From Moniliella sp. 'wahieum' (taxonomy: Eukaryota): DNA of 64,000 nt. Below, in pieces: positions 13,049-25,939 of the stretch. The notes below the pieces were generated by a model, which ran no database searches, was not told where the DNA came from, and worked only from the letters and a program-made list of their open reading frames with translations. The stretch covers positions 868,001 to 932,000 of the forward strand of contig RSEE01000005.1 of NCBI GenBank assembly GCA_003971905.1, given 5' to 3'. The translations under genes and the position numbers were made by a program. Within the stretch, counting starts at the first letter, position 1. Each line of letters opens with the position of its first letter.

Positions 13049-15562
13049 TTAGTTGGTCTGGAACACCTCTGGCACCACGGCATCCCACACGGTCTGGGCC
13101 TTCTTGGGCCCGCCTCGATGGCCTCGGCGCGTTTCTTAAAGTACTCTAGGTTGTTGGGTCCGCCATAGAGCCAGTTGGGCTGGCTGCGGCCTCGCCGGTC
13201 GCGCTCGCCGGGTCGGGGTGGAAAAAGTCGGGATGGTACTCGACCCCATTCGCCTGCCGTTCGGCCCGACGCCGACGCTGCGCCGTCTCGACGGCATGTC
13301 AGCTCTTCGGCCTGGTCCACATTGCCATTCTCAAACGCGCGTTGGTCCGGACGGAAGCGAGAGTCGGTGCGAGGCAAGTAGGAGGCCATGCGTGGAGTGA
13401 GCTCGTTGAGCGACATGGCAAAGTAGGTAAAGCCATAGTACTCCTCGGCATCGGGCGGGAAGGGCGCAGCCTCCACAAGACTTGGTAGTTCTCCTTGTCG
13501 TGGATGGCAAATGAGTCGGTCCACTTGCCCTTGACGGCAAGGCCCTTGGAACCTTTGGCATCATATATACATTGCCCACCAGATGGTTCCGGCTCGCGGC
13601 GCCGCCGAGAACGGTGCCCTGCTTAAAGTCCACCTTGAGCATTTGGCCCGTCTTGACACTCGTCACGCTCAGCTCGCCCACATATTCGAGTACTTTTGGC
13701 CGGCAATCAGGTTGCGCATAAACGCACCCGGCTTTTGATCGTGTACGTCTCTCCAGTCCGGGTAGGTCCACCGTAAGAGACCTTCTGGGATCAGCTCCCA
13801 ACTCTTGCCCCAGAACTTCTGTTTGACTGTACTCCAACCGTGGGCGCGCCAGCCGTGGCCCTCGGCATAGGTGGCCACAATCGGCGGTTGTGCACCACCT
13901 TTTCAGCGACAAACCTCAGCCGCCCGCCCTCGCGACCAGCTCAAACGTTTCTCCCAGCATGGGGTTGAAGGGTTTGCGACTGGCGCGTAGCTTGTTCGCC
14001 GCATACCCACTACCGCCCACGCCCCAATCAGCACAGACGGTCGACCAATCGTCCGTCTGGGCGCCCGCTCCAGCAACGCAGGCGCATACTCGTAGTCCTC
14101 GCAGCGGCCTGCAACAGACTGAGGGGCAAGTTGAAGGTGACGGGGAAACTGATGTGGACAGGTCCTTTCCCACATTCTTCTTCAAACACACCCAGAATGC
14201 CCACATCTCCAGCCACCTTGGACGGCAACTTGTCCGGTGGTCCTCCGTCTCATTGGCCAGAGCAAGTTGGGAAGTAGGCTGCTCCAACTCGTCCGAGTCA
14301 TCGTCCTCCGCATCCTCCGAGTCGTCCGGGGTACCTTCCTCAGTGGACTCGGCCGCGCCTTCCTCGGCATGGTCGACATCAATGTCATCAGCATAAAATA
14401 CCGCCTCGTCATCACCACGGTGCTGGTAATGTTCTGCGGGCGCTGCGACCGCTCCGTCGCAGGGTCCCAGTGAGGCATGGCCTCCTCCGCGCTCGCATCG
14501 GTTTGCGGCACTTTGGACGACAAGAGATTGTCCAGCTCGATCTGCTCCTTTCGTAGCGCATTGACCAGGGCTTGGACCTTGGTCACCTCACCCGATGCAG
14601 CACCTGGTTTCCACGCTCGTGTCAGCTGCTACCAGACTCACGCAAGGTTGGAGATGGGGGAGGGGGGGGTTACAACGTACCACTCGAAGCCATGCGGCGA
14701 GCTCCTTTTGGAGTACGGTGATCGAGCGGCTGATCCGATCGCTGTGGGCAAACACAGGGGCAAGGTCGACGCTGACCAGATCCTTGGTGCCCGCTGCAAC
14801 CACATAGATCCGCCGGGCGCTGCCCACATTGCCGGCGTGACGTTCATTGATGAACGTCTTGAGCTCGTTGCGCCACATTTCAAAGTCGGCCGCCGAAGGG
14901 TTTTGAGGTCTGTGACAAATCATTGCGACGGTCAGCGCTCAGCGAGGAGGCAGGGCGGGAGGCAGGAGGGGCGCCAGAGCCGGGGCAAGGCAGTACGTAC
15001 GGAACACCGAGGAGCCCGAGTCGACGTGGATGGTGCCGTGGCGCTTGGAGCTGATGACGGATGCGTGCGGGATTTCGATAAAGTCGCGCGTGGGCTTGCC
15101 GGGGGCGAGGGAGTAGGTGAGGATGCCTTGGGAGTGAGGTAGAGGTAGCGCTTGGCGTAGCCCTGGATCTTTTTGCGCTTCTTCTTCAGACCCAGCCCTC
15201 GGCGAGCACGTCGGCGCGTCGACGCGGTGGGCGCCCAGCTGTGGCCGGGGGGGGCGGCAGGTACTTTGCCGGTGGCTGCTGCGGGGGCGGGGGCGCTGGC
15301 GCTGGCTGGGCTGGCGGCGGTGGTGGGAGCGGAGGCGCGCGGCGGAGCGGGTGAGTGGGGCGTTTGGGCTGCGGCAGGCGAGCGTGAATGTAAGCGCGGC
15401 GCCCGCGGACTAGTGGGGCCCCAGCGGCGCTGGCCGTCTGATGCGTGAAACGGGAGTGTGAGTGTGAAACGTGAAACGAGAGCCGCACCACCTGAAATTG
15501 AAACACCCCGCCCGTGTGGCGAGCCAATGACGTTTCCCGTCCCCACTGGGCGAGCCATCCAT
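13049..15562 (-). CDS. PH-domain oxysterol-binding protein (Osh3-like), start uncertain
   Basis: PH start LKKKRKKIQGYAKRY. ORD motifs ISFPVTFNLPLSLLQ, KPFNPMLGETFE, KFWGKSWE and TDSRFRPDQRAFENG. Confidence 0.9.
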
Positions 15563-15743
15563 GCCAGCAGGCTGCCCACGCGCTGTCTGTCGGCGCGCTC
15601 CCTGGTCTGACGTCACCCGCTGCTGTGCTGTGTCCTACTGCCCTGGCGTATCAGGCTGGCCATGCATCCTGCGCCATGCACATCCCATTTGGCTTGTCGC
15701 TTCCACTCCCTAGCATGGCCGCAACCAACGCGCCAACCCACCA

Positions 15744-16718
15744 CTAGATCTTGAACGGAGCAGGCGCATACTTGACCTTGCTCGCCGCCGCCTCATCCGT
15801 GAAGAAGTAAAGCGTGCCTGGCGCGACCGGGCGCACCCGCCGCGGGGCAACTCGTGGTTGGGTCGTCCAGCGTTTTCGCCAGCAAGTCCTGCTTGCCCGC
15901 CCCGGCCAGAACAAAGGCCACCCGGTGAGCGTGGTTGAGCACCGAGTAGGTAAACGTGATCCGGCGCGGAGGCGGCTTGGGCGAGTCCTCAATCGGGGCC
16001 ACCCACCGTTCGGTTTCTTGCAGCAGCGGATGATGCGGGAAGAGAGAGGCAGTGTGCCCGTCGGGCCCCATGCCAAGCAGGATCAGATCAAACACTGGGT
16101 GCCGAACCGTCTCCTTACCAGCAAACACTCGCACCATCTCCTGCTCGTACTGATCCGCCACCTCGGTGGAATCGGCAAGATGGTCCGTAGCGATGGTGTG
16201 AATCTGTTCCTGCTTCAAGGGGACCTTGGAGAACAACTCCTTGTTGGCCAGCCAATAGTTCGAGTCCTCGTCCTCGAGGGGGACCAGCCGCTCATCCGAG
16301 AACCAAATGTCCCTGGAAACAAAAACAACAAAAGCAACCCCAGCTGTTAGTAATCAATCTCAACGGCACAGTACAAGACTTGGCCGCACCAACAACTCAC
16401 CACTTGTCCCACTGAATGCGGTTGTCTGTCCTGTTGACTAGGTCTTTGGCCAGCATGGCAGGCAAGCTACCACCCGAGATGGCCAGAGTAAACTTGCCTG
16501 CGTGGGCAGCAAGAGCATCATCTTGGGCCTACGCGGGCGCGCGGAGGAGGGGAGCGGATTGCGAGTCAGTCTGCATGCTCAGCTCGAATCGCGATGGGCT
16601 GGGGAGGACAGAGGGAAACGCACCTTGATAACAAACTCAGCCAGCGAGAAAGACAGCTGGTCCTTGGTAGGGAAGGTGTACAGAACGGGGGGGTTGGTGT
16701 CTGCGACGGGAGCGACAT
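15744..16718 (-). CDS. 6-phosphogluconolactonase (SOL family), two introns
   Basis: FTLAISGGSLP, WFSDERLVPL and FDLILLGMGPDGHTASLFP. GT-AG introns at about 16623-16530 and 16400-16313. Confidence 0.93.
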
Positions 16719-17350
16719 GGTGGATGGAGGTGATGAGAAGGGAGAGAGGTGGGCAGCAGGGAGAACATCGAGTGGGTCCAAATGGCTGTGGTCAACTTCA
16801 AACGGGCCCGCTGGCGCCGCCGCTTGGACCCAGACACTGCATGCAGGACTGGAGCAGTGTGCGCTGCAACCCTACTCGCTCTGCCACAGCGCTCTTACCT
16901 GTTACGTATGCTACGACCCTCAGAAGGGCCGACGTCGATAATTGATGATGGCATGCACGTGACATGTGACATGTGACAGGCGACGTCATCCAATACGCAA
17001 TGGTCCTGGGATTGATTTGATTTCCAGTTCTTATGAATACCTTGGTTGCTACAGCCCAGAGGCCACTGATGAGATGGATGAGATGGGTTCGATGAATACC
17101 CCACAAGGGGTCAAACGGGGCATGCATGACGAGAAGACCAGGGGCAAGACCTTAGATGGGTGCGACAGATGGGTGCGACAAATAGAACCTAGACAAATCG
17201 TGAGGTACAAACGGGTGTGGAGGAAAAGGGGGGTGGCAGAGGGGGGGAGATGGACCAGTGCGGACTCGGCCCCACCAACCACGAGAAGATCAGGCCCGGC
17301 TCAGGGGCCCTACATGGGGAACAAGCCGGTGGACCAGGCAGAGGGAGAGA

Positions 17351-20300
17351 TCAACTTGTCCCACCCGTTTTGACGGACTCCACTACGGCGGCAACAGGGC
17401 TTGCGACACGGCTGTGGGCTGCCGGAACGGAGTTCCACCCCACATCCTCTTCGTCCACGGCGGCAACCGTATGTGCCTCGGATGGTGTGACACTGGCAAT
17501 CGAAGTATCCCCTGAAGGGTTGCTGGTGTCCTTCGGGAAAGAGGTAGGCACGTGGGATGGCGCAAGAGTTGGTGGTGAGCAGGAGAGGGGTAGCGGCCAG
17601 CTTCGCTGGCGCATCGATAGTGGGGTTTGCGGAGGCACATCGGAGGCCGAGTCGGACACCGCCAGACTCTCAGCCTGACTGATATCAGCAGATGAGAGGA
17701 TTCGTCGTGGCTTAGGGTAGGTTTGGGATCGAGGAGTGGCGCCGGTTCGGGGGGAGGCGCAGCCTCTGCCTTAAAACCCCTTGCGCGGGACATCCACCGT
17801 CCCCACGAAGCAACAGTGGCCGTGACGGATTGGGCAACCGTCGAAGTTCCTCCCCCGGAACGATCCGAATCGGTTGCGAGACTGGCACCAGAGGCGGCAG
17901 TGGCAGCGCTAATGTTGGAGACAAAGGACGCACCTGTAGGTGCGCTCCATGTCAGCCGAGGCAGGCATTCGTGGACTGGCAGGGGGTACGACCACCGCTT
18001 TTCTGGGATGCGGGGGCAGGAGGGGGTGGCAAGTGTTGCTGTGCCTGGGCCAAAACCAACTCGGCATAGAGCGTCTTGTACCGTACCAACTGTTCGCCCA
18101 CCTCGTCCTTGGCCAGCGTGGCAGCAACGAGTTGTTTTCCCAGCTCGGCATGTGCGGCCAATTGACTTGCCGCATCCTCTTCCATCTCTTTGACCTTGGC
18201 CGCTAGTTTCCGTCTCGCTCCGGAGCTGTTCTAGCTGCTGCAGGGGCGCCGCAGCCGTTTGAAGATTGTCCTGGTACTCGGCAGCATAGCGAGCCAGGTC
18301 GGCCTCACTGATGCTTTGCCGCGCCTGTGCCGCGTCACGCACGAACCGGTTCACCGCGAACCGCTCCGGGGTCCAGGTGGAGCGTTTTTGAATGGGCTAC
18401 TGTTGCTTCGGTATGAGAAGGGTCGTCAGGGGGTTTGAGCGCATCGGGCAAACGATAGGCATCGAAAATGTGGTGCGTGAGAAAAGTACCGCTTCATCAA
18501 ACTCGAGGCTTAGAAGCTTGGCCTCGTTGGCAGTGAGCAGGGCAAGTACAAATCCAAAAAGCGCATCGAGGCCTTGCGCAAAGATCAAGTCGAGTACGCG
18601 GTACGCGACCGATAGGGGGAACCGGTAGCACAACAGCGTCATGAACCAAGGCGACGCATACATATGTGCTTTGACCCCGATGCGCCCCAGATGAGCATAC
18701 AGTGTAGGCAGCCGCTCCTCCATCATCCGTCCAAACTGATACATCCGTAGCTGCAGCCCGGGCATGCCCTGCGAAAAGTGGCCACGAAGATCGTACTTCT
18801 GCATCAATGACACCAGTGTTGAAAACGCTTCGGGTTCGTCCATGTTGAGCAAGAGGGGGCCGACGATGAACTGCATTCCTTGGCAGTAGCCGACATCGGG
18901 ATCGAGCAGGGCATATGCCTTGACCACTTCAAACAGACCCTGTTGTCCTTGCGACGCAACTTGAAAGTAGGCCTGCTCGGGGTACGTCCGATCCAGGTCC
19001 CGCCGGATGGCCTTGTCGTGTTCGCTGGATTCAGATCGCAGTACAGCAAACTTGGATTTCAGCGCAGCATCCCGACTGGCACTCAACTCTTGCCATACGG
19101 TGCCTCGGACCTCGTCTGGGATGCCGGCTTGAATCGCACTAGCCAGGCGGGCAGGCTCGTCTTGCTTACACGCGGGTAGTCTGGAACAATGTAAAATGAG
19201 TCAGTCTACCAGGATGGGGAACGTATTGACACAGGGGGGGGACGCACCATGAACCACCGAATTCCAAAAATCCATGTCAGCATCAACTTGGGGGTCGTCG
19301 ACGAGCATCAAAGGCTCAGAAGGAGAGTTCCGGCCATCAAGAACCTCATCCATGGTCGTGGGACTGGAGGCTGGTCCCATGGGCACCTTCCCTGTCCCAG
19401 CGGTGGGCGGCGAAACGGGCTCGTCACCATCGACCGGTACATCTGCCGTCTGCGCCCCCGCGGGCGCAGGTGGAGAAACAGATTGGGTCCAAGCTTCCTC
19501 CGGCTGGATCATGGTAGGTAGCCCCTCCATGGGCGTGACCAACTCTGCATCGGACCCGTCCGACTCGCCCGGAGGGAAGGGAGGGACGAACCAGGGTGTA
19601 AGGAAGGCGTAGTAGATTCAGCCACACACTAGCTTGAGGAGCCTCTTCGGTAGATACCGCGTCGGTTGCCTGCGTTCCCAAGTGGCCCTCGCTTGTTGTG
19701 CTCAGTAATTGGTCCATATGTGCCGCTTTGGTTGCCTCGACCGCATCCGGGCTGGCTAGAGCGAAGGAAGGACCAAGGCCTGTATCGGCACCTTGCGCAT
19801 CCCCAGTCACATCCTCGTGACAAACGGAAGCGGCAATGGGAACGGTGTCGCCCTCCTTGGAGGGAAAGGGGACGGGGACTGTCCCCTTCTGCGTCAAAGA
19901 AGCTATCACGCTTTGCATTGTGGGAAGTCACATGCTCGACCGAACCCGATTCCGCACCTTCCGTGTCCGTCGCGTCGTTTTGCAAGGCCAAGTTGGCCTC
20001 CAGGTCTGCCTCAGTGGATTGGACAGGCAGTGAGGCGTCTGGCATGGACGCAACCGAAGGCTGTGTGGGTGTGAGAGGGACGATGGGTGGCTCACTGGGC
20101 AGAGGCGAGATGGTTCCGGTCCCACTGGAAGAACCGTTGGGGCAAGAACCGGATCTTCCTGGGCAATTGGCGCGGAGGGGCCGTCGGGGAAGACGGGGGG
20201 AGGAGGGGCGGGGTGTAGTTTGGGCGCTGTCCGGGTGAGGCACGGCGGGTGGGGCGGCATCGGTTGGGCTTTTCGGAAGAACATGGCCATTGTCCACAAC

Positions 20301-20538
20301 ATCGATGGGCAGAGGCGGAGGCGGAGGCAGAGACGAAGGCGCTTTGATGGCGGGGCCTGTAGGAGACGCGGGCCGCGACGGCGAGGCGGGTGAAGACGCG
20401 CCCTTGCGCCGCGTCTGGGAACGTGCGCGTGTCTTGCCCGACCGTTTGCGCTGCCGAGCCGGAGACGGGGTGGAGCCGCGTGCGCAGGGGAGCCCGTCTG
20501 GCCCGGGGACGCGGAGGAGGGGCGCGGCGGGCGGGCAT
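17351..20538 (-). CDS. TBC-domain Rab GTPase-activating protein (Gyp5/EVI5-like)
   Basis: IRRDLDRTYP and VGYCQGMQFIVGPLL catalytic fingers, followed by coiled coil. Long low-complexity N-terminus. Intron ~19246-19180. Ends approximate. Confidence 0.88.
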
Positions 20539-20884
20539 GCAGCGCAGACGGGGCGGTGGTGGATCCTCGACGTCTCCCGCCGGTCGAAGGGGCCAGCCGC
20601 ACCGCTGCGTTGGGCGCTACCCTGAGACATGCCACGCCGTCTGACACGCGGCACGTCGGCCAGTCGGCCAGTCAACGTGCAACGTTCAGCACTGCTCATT
20701 GTTTCATGTGTTCAATAGCTCGACGCTCAGCATGGTCACCAGTCACTAGCTTCATCCTTGAGGCTTCAGGATCTTGCACGCCAATTCGCCACCTCCCTGC
20801 TCACTACACCGTAACCAGTCACCGATACCGGTCACCCCCACCCCCACATTCTCATCGCCTGGCCTTTGGGACAACTGGCCCAAC

Positions 20885-21550
20885 ATGTCCGCTGCCACAT
20901 ATGTGAGTCCCCCGTCATTTCGTTGCACTTCCCCCACCCAGATGGTCAGCGCCGGCTGGCGGTGCAGAACGCTCACTGCGTCGTTCGCCGTGCATGCTGC
21001 ATGCTCTTCATCGGAGATGCCAAGCCACAGGCGCCAGGGGAAGTGCATTGCTTCTATGTAGCTGATACGCATTTTTCCCCAGTGGGCTCTCATGTTTGGG
21101 GCCACGCATGCTGCTCGTAACATTCCGTTTGAGAAGCAACCAGAACTGATCAGCTACGCGCGGGCTGCATACGTGTCGGTACAGCTCTTCTCCCTCGCCC
21201 TATATTACATTTGCAAAATGAAGGTCAAGGCTAAGAACGACGTGACCGTGCTCAAGTATATGAAACGCGAGAACCCCCTGTCGCAGGAGGGCGGGGGCTA
21301 ATTACCACCACCCATTGCGAATACGACCTGGACGAGCTCCGAAAATCGATTCGTGGTGTCGTTACCGCGTTCCTCATCATGGCTGTTTTGCACCTTTATC
21401 TTGGCTACAACCGACCGTTGGTCGTGCAGTCCATCGTGCCATTGAAGACTGCGCTCGAGGCAAAGGAGGTCCAGATCTGGATCTGGGGCAAGGCAGCCAC
21501 AGGCGATCTGAATCGTCCGTTTGTCAAGGCCCCAGAAAAAGAGGGAGTGA
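20885..21550 (+). CDS. PHO88: Pho88/Snd3 ER membrane protein
   Basis: ATG, GTGAGT intron, then ARNIPFE...KAKNDVTVLKY...TTTHCEYD...VLHLYLGYNRPLVVQSIVPLK...IWGKAATGDLNRPF, matching the Pho88 family pattern. Confidence 0.85.
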
Positions 21551-21959
21551 GCTAGTAGGGCTGCTGCTTTGCTGTCCCTTTAAGCGCAACGCTTCGGGAC
21601 GCGGTCCAGTACAATCGCCATGATTGATTCGATCGCTTATGGCCCCGTCTCTGTGCCCCGTCATAAACTACCCTCCCTTCATTTGGGATAGGTGCTGCAG
21701 ATTTGAGCTTCCAACCCTCGCCAAAGCAAACTGGCGCGGCATGTCCGCGGCCATTGCGCATCCGAGCTGGTGTATCAAGCTTGATTTATGCTGCCTGGAT
21801 ACAACCGGATTGGCACTCTTAGGCGGGAACAACCCGTAACGACGGGAAGGGAAAGGAGGGGAGGTGATAAGGTGGGGAGAAGAGATGCGGAAAGGCTTGC
21901 AAGGCGAAATTGATGTGGGTCTAGTGGCCATTCCAAAACGTGTTCGCTGGTATACACAA

Positions 21960-22045
21960 GGTTCCATATTGTAGTTGGTTAGCAAGTAGGATTCTGATTG
22001 TTATATCACTTTCCTGAAACCTGGGTTCGAATCCCAGTGGGACCT
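21960..22045 (+). tRNA. tRNA-Gln(CTG) with 13-nt intron (21998-22010)
   Basis: GGTTCCA TA TTGTAGTTGGTTAGCAA G TAGGA TT CTG A [TTGTTATATCACT] T TCCTG AAAC CTGGG TTCGAAT CCCAG TGGGACC T, followed by a T7 terminator. Confidence 0.93.
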
Positions 22046-22741
22046 GTTTTTTTGTGCTGCGCCGTATGGGAACGTTCCCTGACAACATATTATCCCTTTT
22101 GCTCTGCTCCTTCTCCTTCTCCTTCTCCCTCTATTGATCCTCACTCATACTGCCACTCCTTGGACCACTCATACCACCTCTGCGACCACTCTTTCTTCAT
22201 GACCCACCCCAACTTTTTCGTCCACGTGTGTGACGTTCTCACTGGGCCTGGTCTTCTGGTTTCTGCCGATGCATGCTGCCTGCTGCGGTTCTACCAGGCC
22301 AGCTTTCTGCTGTGCCTAGCTGGTTCCCAAAGGGCAGACGGGAACGCTCTTGTTCCCCTTGCCAATAAATCATGTGAAATGTAAGGCACAACCACCAACA
22401 AAAGGAGCAGGGAGAAAATAGCATGGATCCCCGCCACCCTCCCGCGTCGGGCGGCTACCGGAGCAGCTGTGCGAACAGCGCGTCATCTCCTCAACCCGAA
22501 CCGAGCGACGTCAAGAGACAAGCAAGGTACACAAAAGGAGAGTGGGGGGATCGGGATCCAGGGGGAGGGAACATTCCTGAGCAATGGGGTTTCATATGTG
22601 CGCGGCAGACGGCAGGGGCACATATGCCATCAGACAGCATGGTGGAACAGGGCAATCCCCCTGCGGCCCTTGTGGCCAGATGCGATGCGACCACCTCAGA
22701 GCCCAACAAGGCTGCCAAAGTCGGGTTGCCAGCTGTGCTGC

Positions 22742-23943
22742 TCACTGGTGCGACTCGGCTGGCAGGCTGGCGGGGGTGGAGGCGTGGGCGGTCCGTTGGG
22801 CCAAGGTGGGGGGGACCACACTCTCGCGGGCCGTAGAGGTGGCCTGGTCCGGGGACGGTGTCTCCTTCGTATTTTTCAGTTCTGCTTTCCAAGTCTTTTT
22901 GGCTGCGTGCTCACGGAGCTTGGCAAGTTTGTGCTGGTCCATGCGCGTACCGAGGAGCACGTCAAAGTGGACAAAGAAAGGCTGGGAGTAATTGTAGCGC
23001 AAGCCTTGCATTTGATGATGAATGTCGTGGTACTCGGCCGTGTTGGGGAAGAAAATGTGGAGCGGATCAATCCACCAAGGAAACGCGTACCCGCCATGGT
23101 CATCCACCGTTTTGAGGGTGGAGAAGAAAAAGAGTACGATCGCTTGGCGCATAGTCATGAGACTCAGGGCGTTAGAGACGGCGGCACCCAAGCTGTCGAG
23201 TACCAATCCTTCGACAGGGTGATTGTAGAGCGCGCCAAACGCATATGGAACATAGAGACGGTGGTGGTGGCTGTGGAAGTGGCGGTAGAGGAAGCGCGAT
23301 TCGTGGGCGGCGCGGTGCCAAAAGTACTGCCACGTGTCCATGACAAAGAAGGCCCACCAGTACTGGGCAATGGGGATGCCCCACCAGTAGAGCCAGCAGG
23401 CGATAGCAGTCCCCCACTGAGCCAAGAATGCGCTAGCCCGCTTCTGTGTCACCACGCGCGCCACGACGCGGGTCAAGTACTGTCCTACCAGGGTAATTCC
23501 AGCACGGTGGTCCATGGTCACCTGGGCATGCATCACTTCCTCCGACTCGAGGACAATGATGCCGAGCAAGGTCTGGATCAGCTGCTGGAGGGCGACCATC
23601 TTGACGACCTGGGTCTTGGTGACCTTGTTGCGTGCCTTGATCTCCTCGGGCTCGTGGATGCGGTAGCGCTCGAAAAAGGGCAATTGGAGCCGGTCGATCA
23701 GCTCGTAGACCATGCTGTAGACCCAGTAGACCACCACGGGCGCGGCAAGGGAGAGATACTTGTCGCTGAGCACATGCCACAGGCTTTCGCGCTCGACGCG
23801 GTAGACGGGATAGGTGAGCTGGGCGGGGGCGAGGTCGAGGGCGGCGAGCGGATGAGAGGAGGGCAGGGCGGGATGAAGGTGTCGGCGATGCGCAGGGCGT
23901 ACGGCAGCAGCGGCAGCGGCAGCACCGTTGTGGTGCCATTCAT
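22742..23943 (-). CDS. SUR2: Sphinganine C4-hydroxylase (fatty-acid hydroxylase family)
   Basis: LSLAAPVVVYW, His boxes HRAAH, HSHHH and HDIHH, plus YVPYAFGALYNHPVEG and NYSQPFFVHFD. Confidence 0.93.
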
Positions 23944-24394
23944 GGCGGGCACCCGGAGGAGGAGAGGAGGAGGAGATGGGGGGAAGACGCGCTGGCGGCG
24001 GCCGAAGCCACATGTGGGGCTCTTCTGGGCTGCCTGCTGGCCAGCCAAAAAGTCTGGGAGGGCCAACGCCGAACGCCGAGTGGCAAAGCCGGCGCTGGCT
24101 GTCACCCGTAGCAGCATGCATGATGGCCACGGGGGCACACCGCACTTGTGGCTGCCCCCATGCGGTGGCAGGCCTGCGCGCGCCCTGCGGGAATACTTTT
24201 GGGCCACACAAAACCCAAAGCAAGCCGACGGAAGGCCGCAGTGGTACCAGGACCCACCTGCGTACGTCTCTCCCTCTCCCTCTTCTGCAATTCCATGGAC
24301 AATCCGGGGGCGCGATTGCGCCTGGGGAGTAGACCAGCCCTCAAGGAGGCCTCACGAGCTCCAACCACTACTCGGCCTGATTGATTGAATATTG

Positions 24395-25110
24395 AACACG
24401 AGGAAGTGCTATCGGATGACATTCTTAGTGCCTTCGCAGTCTTCGCTTGCTTCTGTTGGAGGCTAGTGCTGGGGTTCCCTTGCACGGCCCTCGGCGGATC
24501 GGTGACGCTCACTTAACCGGGCGGAAGAGTTCCGCTCGCAGGGCCGCGCGCCCTGCTCGCTTCATCTCCCTTCTCTCTCTCATCAGGCCTGAGCCTCAGG
24601 GGTCACCGGTCATCCAACAGTCAGCATCCTCCTTTATCCCACCTTCCATTCTCGTCCCTTCCCACATTTCTTGTCCAACTCCTGACCGTTTGCAGCCAAT
24701 TGATTGAGTAATACAGGCAACCTCTCGTCTCCACTTAGCTGCTGCCTCATCTTCATCATCCAACCTTATCCTCCAACTTTCCATCCACCCAGTCGCGCGA
24801 ACTTTCCTTCAGTGGCGTCGATTCCCCCCCCACAGTATATCGCGAGGGTTCCTTTCACAGCTACGTCGACAGCCGCCCCTTCCCAGCTTCAGCTCTGGCA
24901 GTGTTTTCCCTCCACTGCACCTACCCGTCCCTAAGCCCCGGAGGCTTCAGACACGTTACTACCCCCAAGCCGGCGCATACGCAGCCTTGGCACGCGTACA
25001 GCCGCCTCGGATTCACGCCACCAAATAGCCCAAACCTGAAACTACCGTGAGGACTCCACCTAAGGGATTGCACCCATCAACCTGGGTGAGAGCCTCCTGG
25101 CAGGGCCCAG
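24395..25110 (+). mobile_element. LTR-like repeat copy (uninterrupted relative of the ~950-4170 host and of the 3' part of the 1546-3958 element)
   Basis: Contiguous reverse-complement homology to 4170-3975 and then ~1395-950. Same-strand homology to ~3450-3950 (for example GGCTTCAGACACG.TACT.CC.CCAAGCCGG). Confidence 0.8.
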
Positions 25111-25324
25111 GGTAAGGATCGAGCCCGCCATCCACCGATCATCCTTGCTCCATCCCCTCCCATGTTCCACCGATCCCCTTCTTGTCCCCCCTTGCCCCTC
25201 CCCCCTCAATTGCTCTCGACCACTCCGCCTTGTGCCTCGGTTACTCTTTGCACCACCGCCCCCCTTTGAGCCAGTCAGAGACGCGTCGGGTGGTCATCCG
25301 TCTTCGAAAATAAGCATTGTGGGG

Positions 25325-25700
25325 AGTCGGCAGCCTTGTGGCCAGGGCGACGGCAGTGGCGGCACAACCGTAGGCGTGGATGCAAAGGGCACCCCGTGCG
25401 AGTGTGGTCGTCGGTGTCGCAATGGGGGCACCGGCGGGGAGTACGGGTAGGGGGCATTTTAAGGGAGTGGAGGGACGCGTCGACGCGACTCTGTCATATG
25501 CCCCATAGTTGGCGCAGCCAGCCCCCCAGCCGTCACGTGCAGGTCGGGGGGCAGTAGGGTTGTTGGCACTTTTCTTTGCACCCTCGCATATGGAACTAAA
25601 AGATAGTTGGCGCAGCCAGCCCCCAGCCGTCACGTGCAGGTCGGGGGGCAGTAGGGTTGTTGGCACTTTTCTTTGCACCCTCGCATATGGAACTAAAAGA
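25325..25700 (-). mobile_element. Gag/ORF1-like double zinc-knuckle remnant with a 98-bp tandem duplication (25505-25700)
   Basis: CPHCDTDDHTRTGCP...CRHCRRPGHKAADS. Homologous to ~690-950. Confidence 0.7.
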
Positions 25701-25939
25701 TTGATCCGCGGCCTGGCCGGGAATCCCCGGGTATGCTGTGGCCGGCTGTACTACTCGGTCGGCCAGTCCCCTGGCTGTCTTTGCAGCCCGAGTGACGCGT
25801 GACGTGAGCAACCGGTAAACGGTAACCCGCAGTGAGTCACACCAACATCACCGCCCAAACTTGGACCCAGCGGAATGCAATTCCGCCCTGTTTTTCCTGC
25901 CGCTTTTAATTGGCCCCCGTCCCGCCCAGGCTCTCCGTC

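Noticed and set aside
22469..24388. 639-aa + strand ORF and many other long antisense ORFs
   Set aside because: Shadow frames of GC-rich genes (here SUR2) with no independent motifs.
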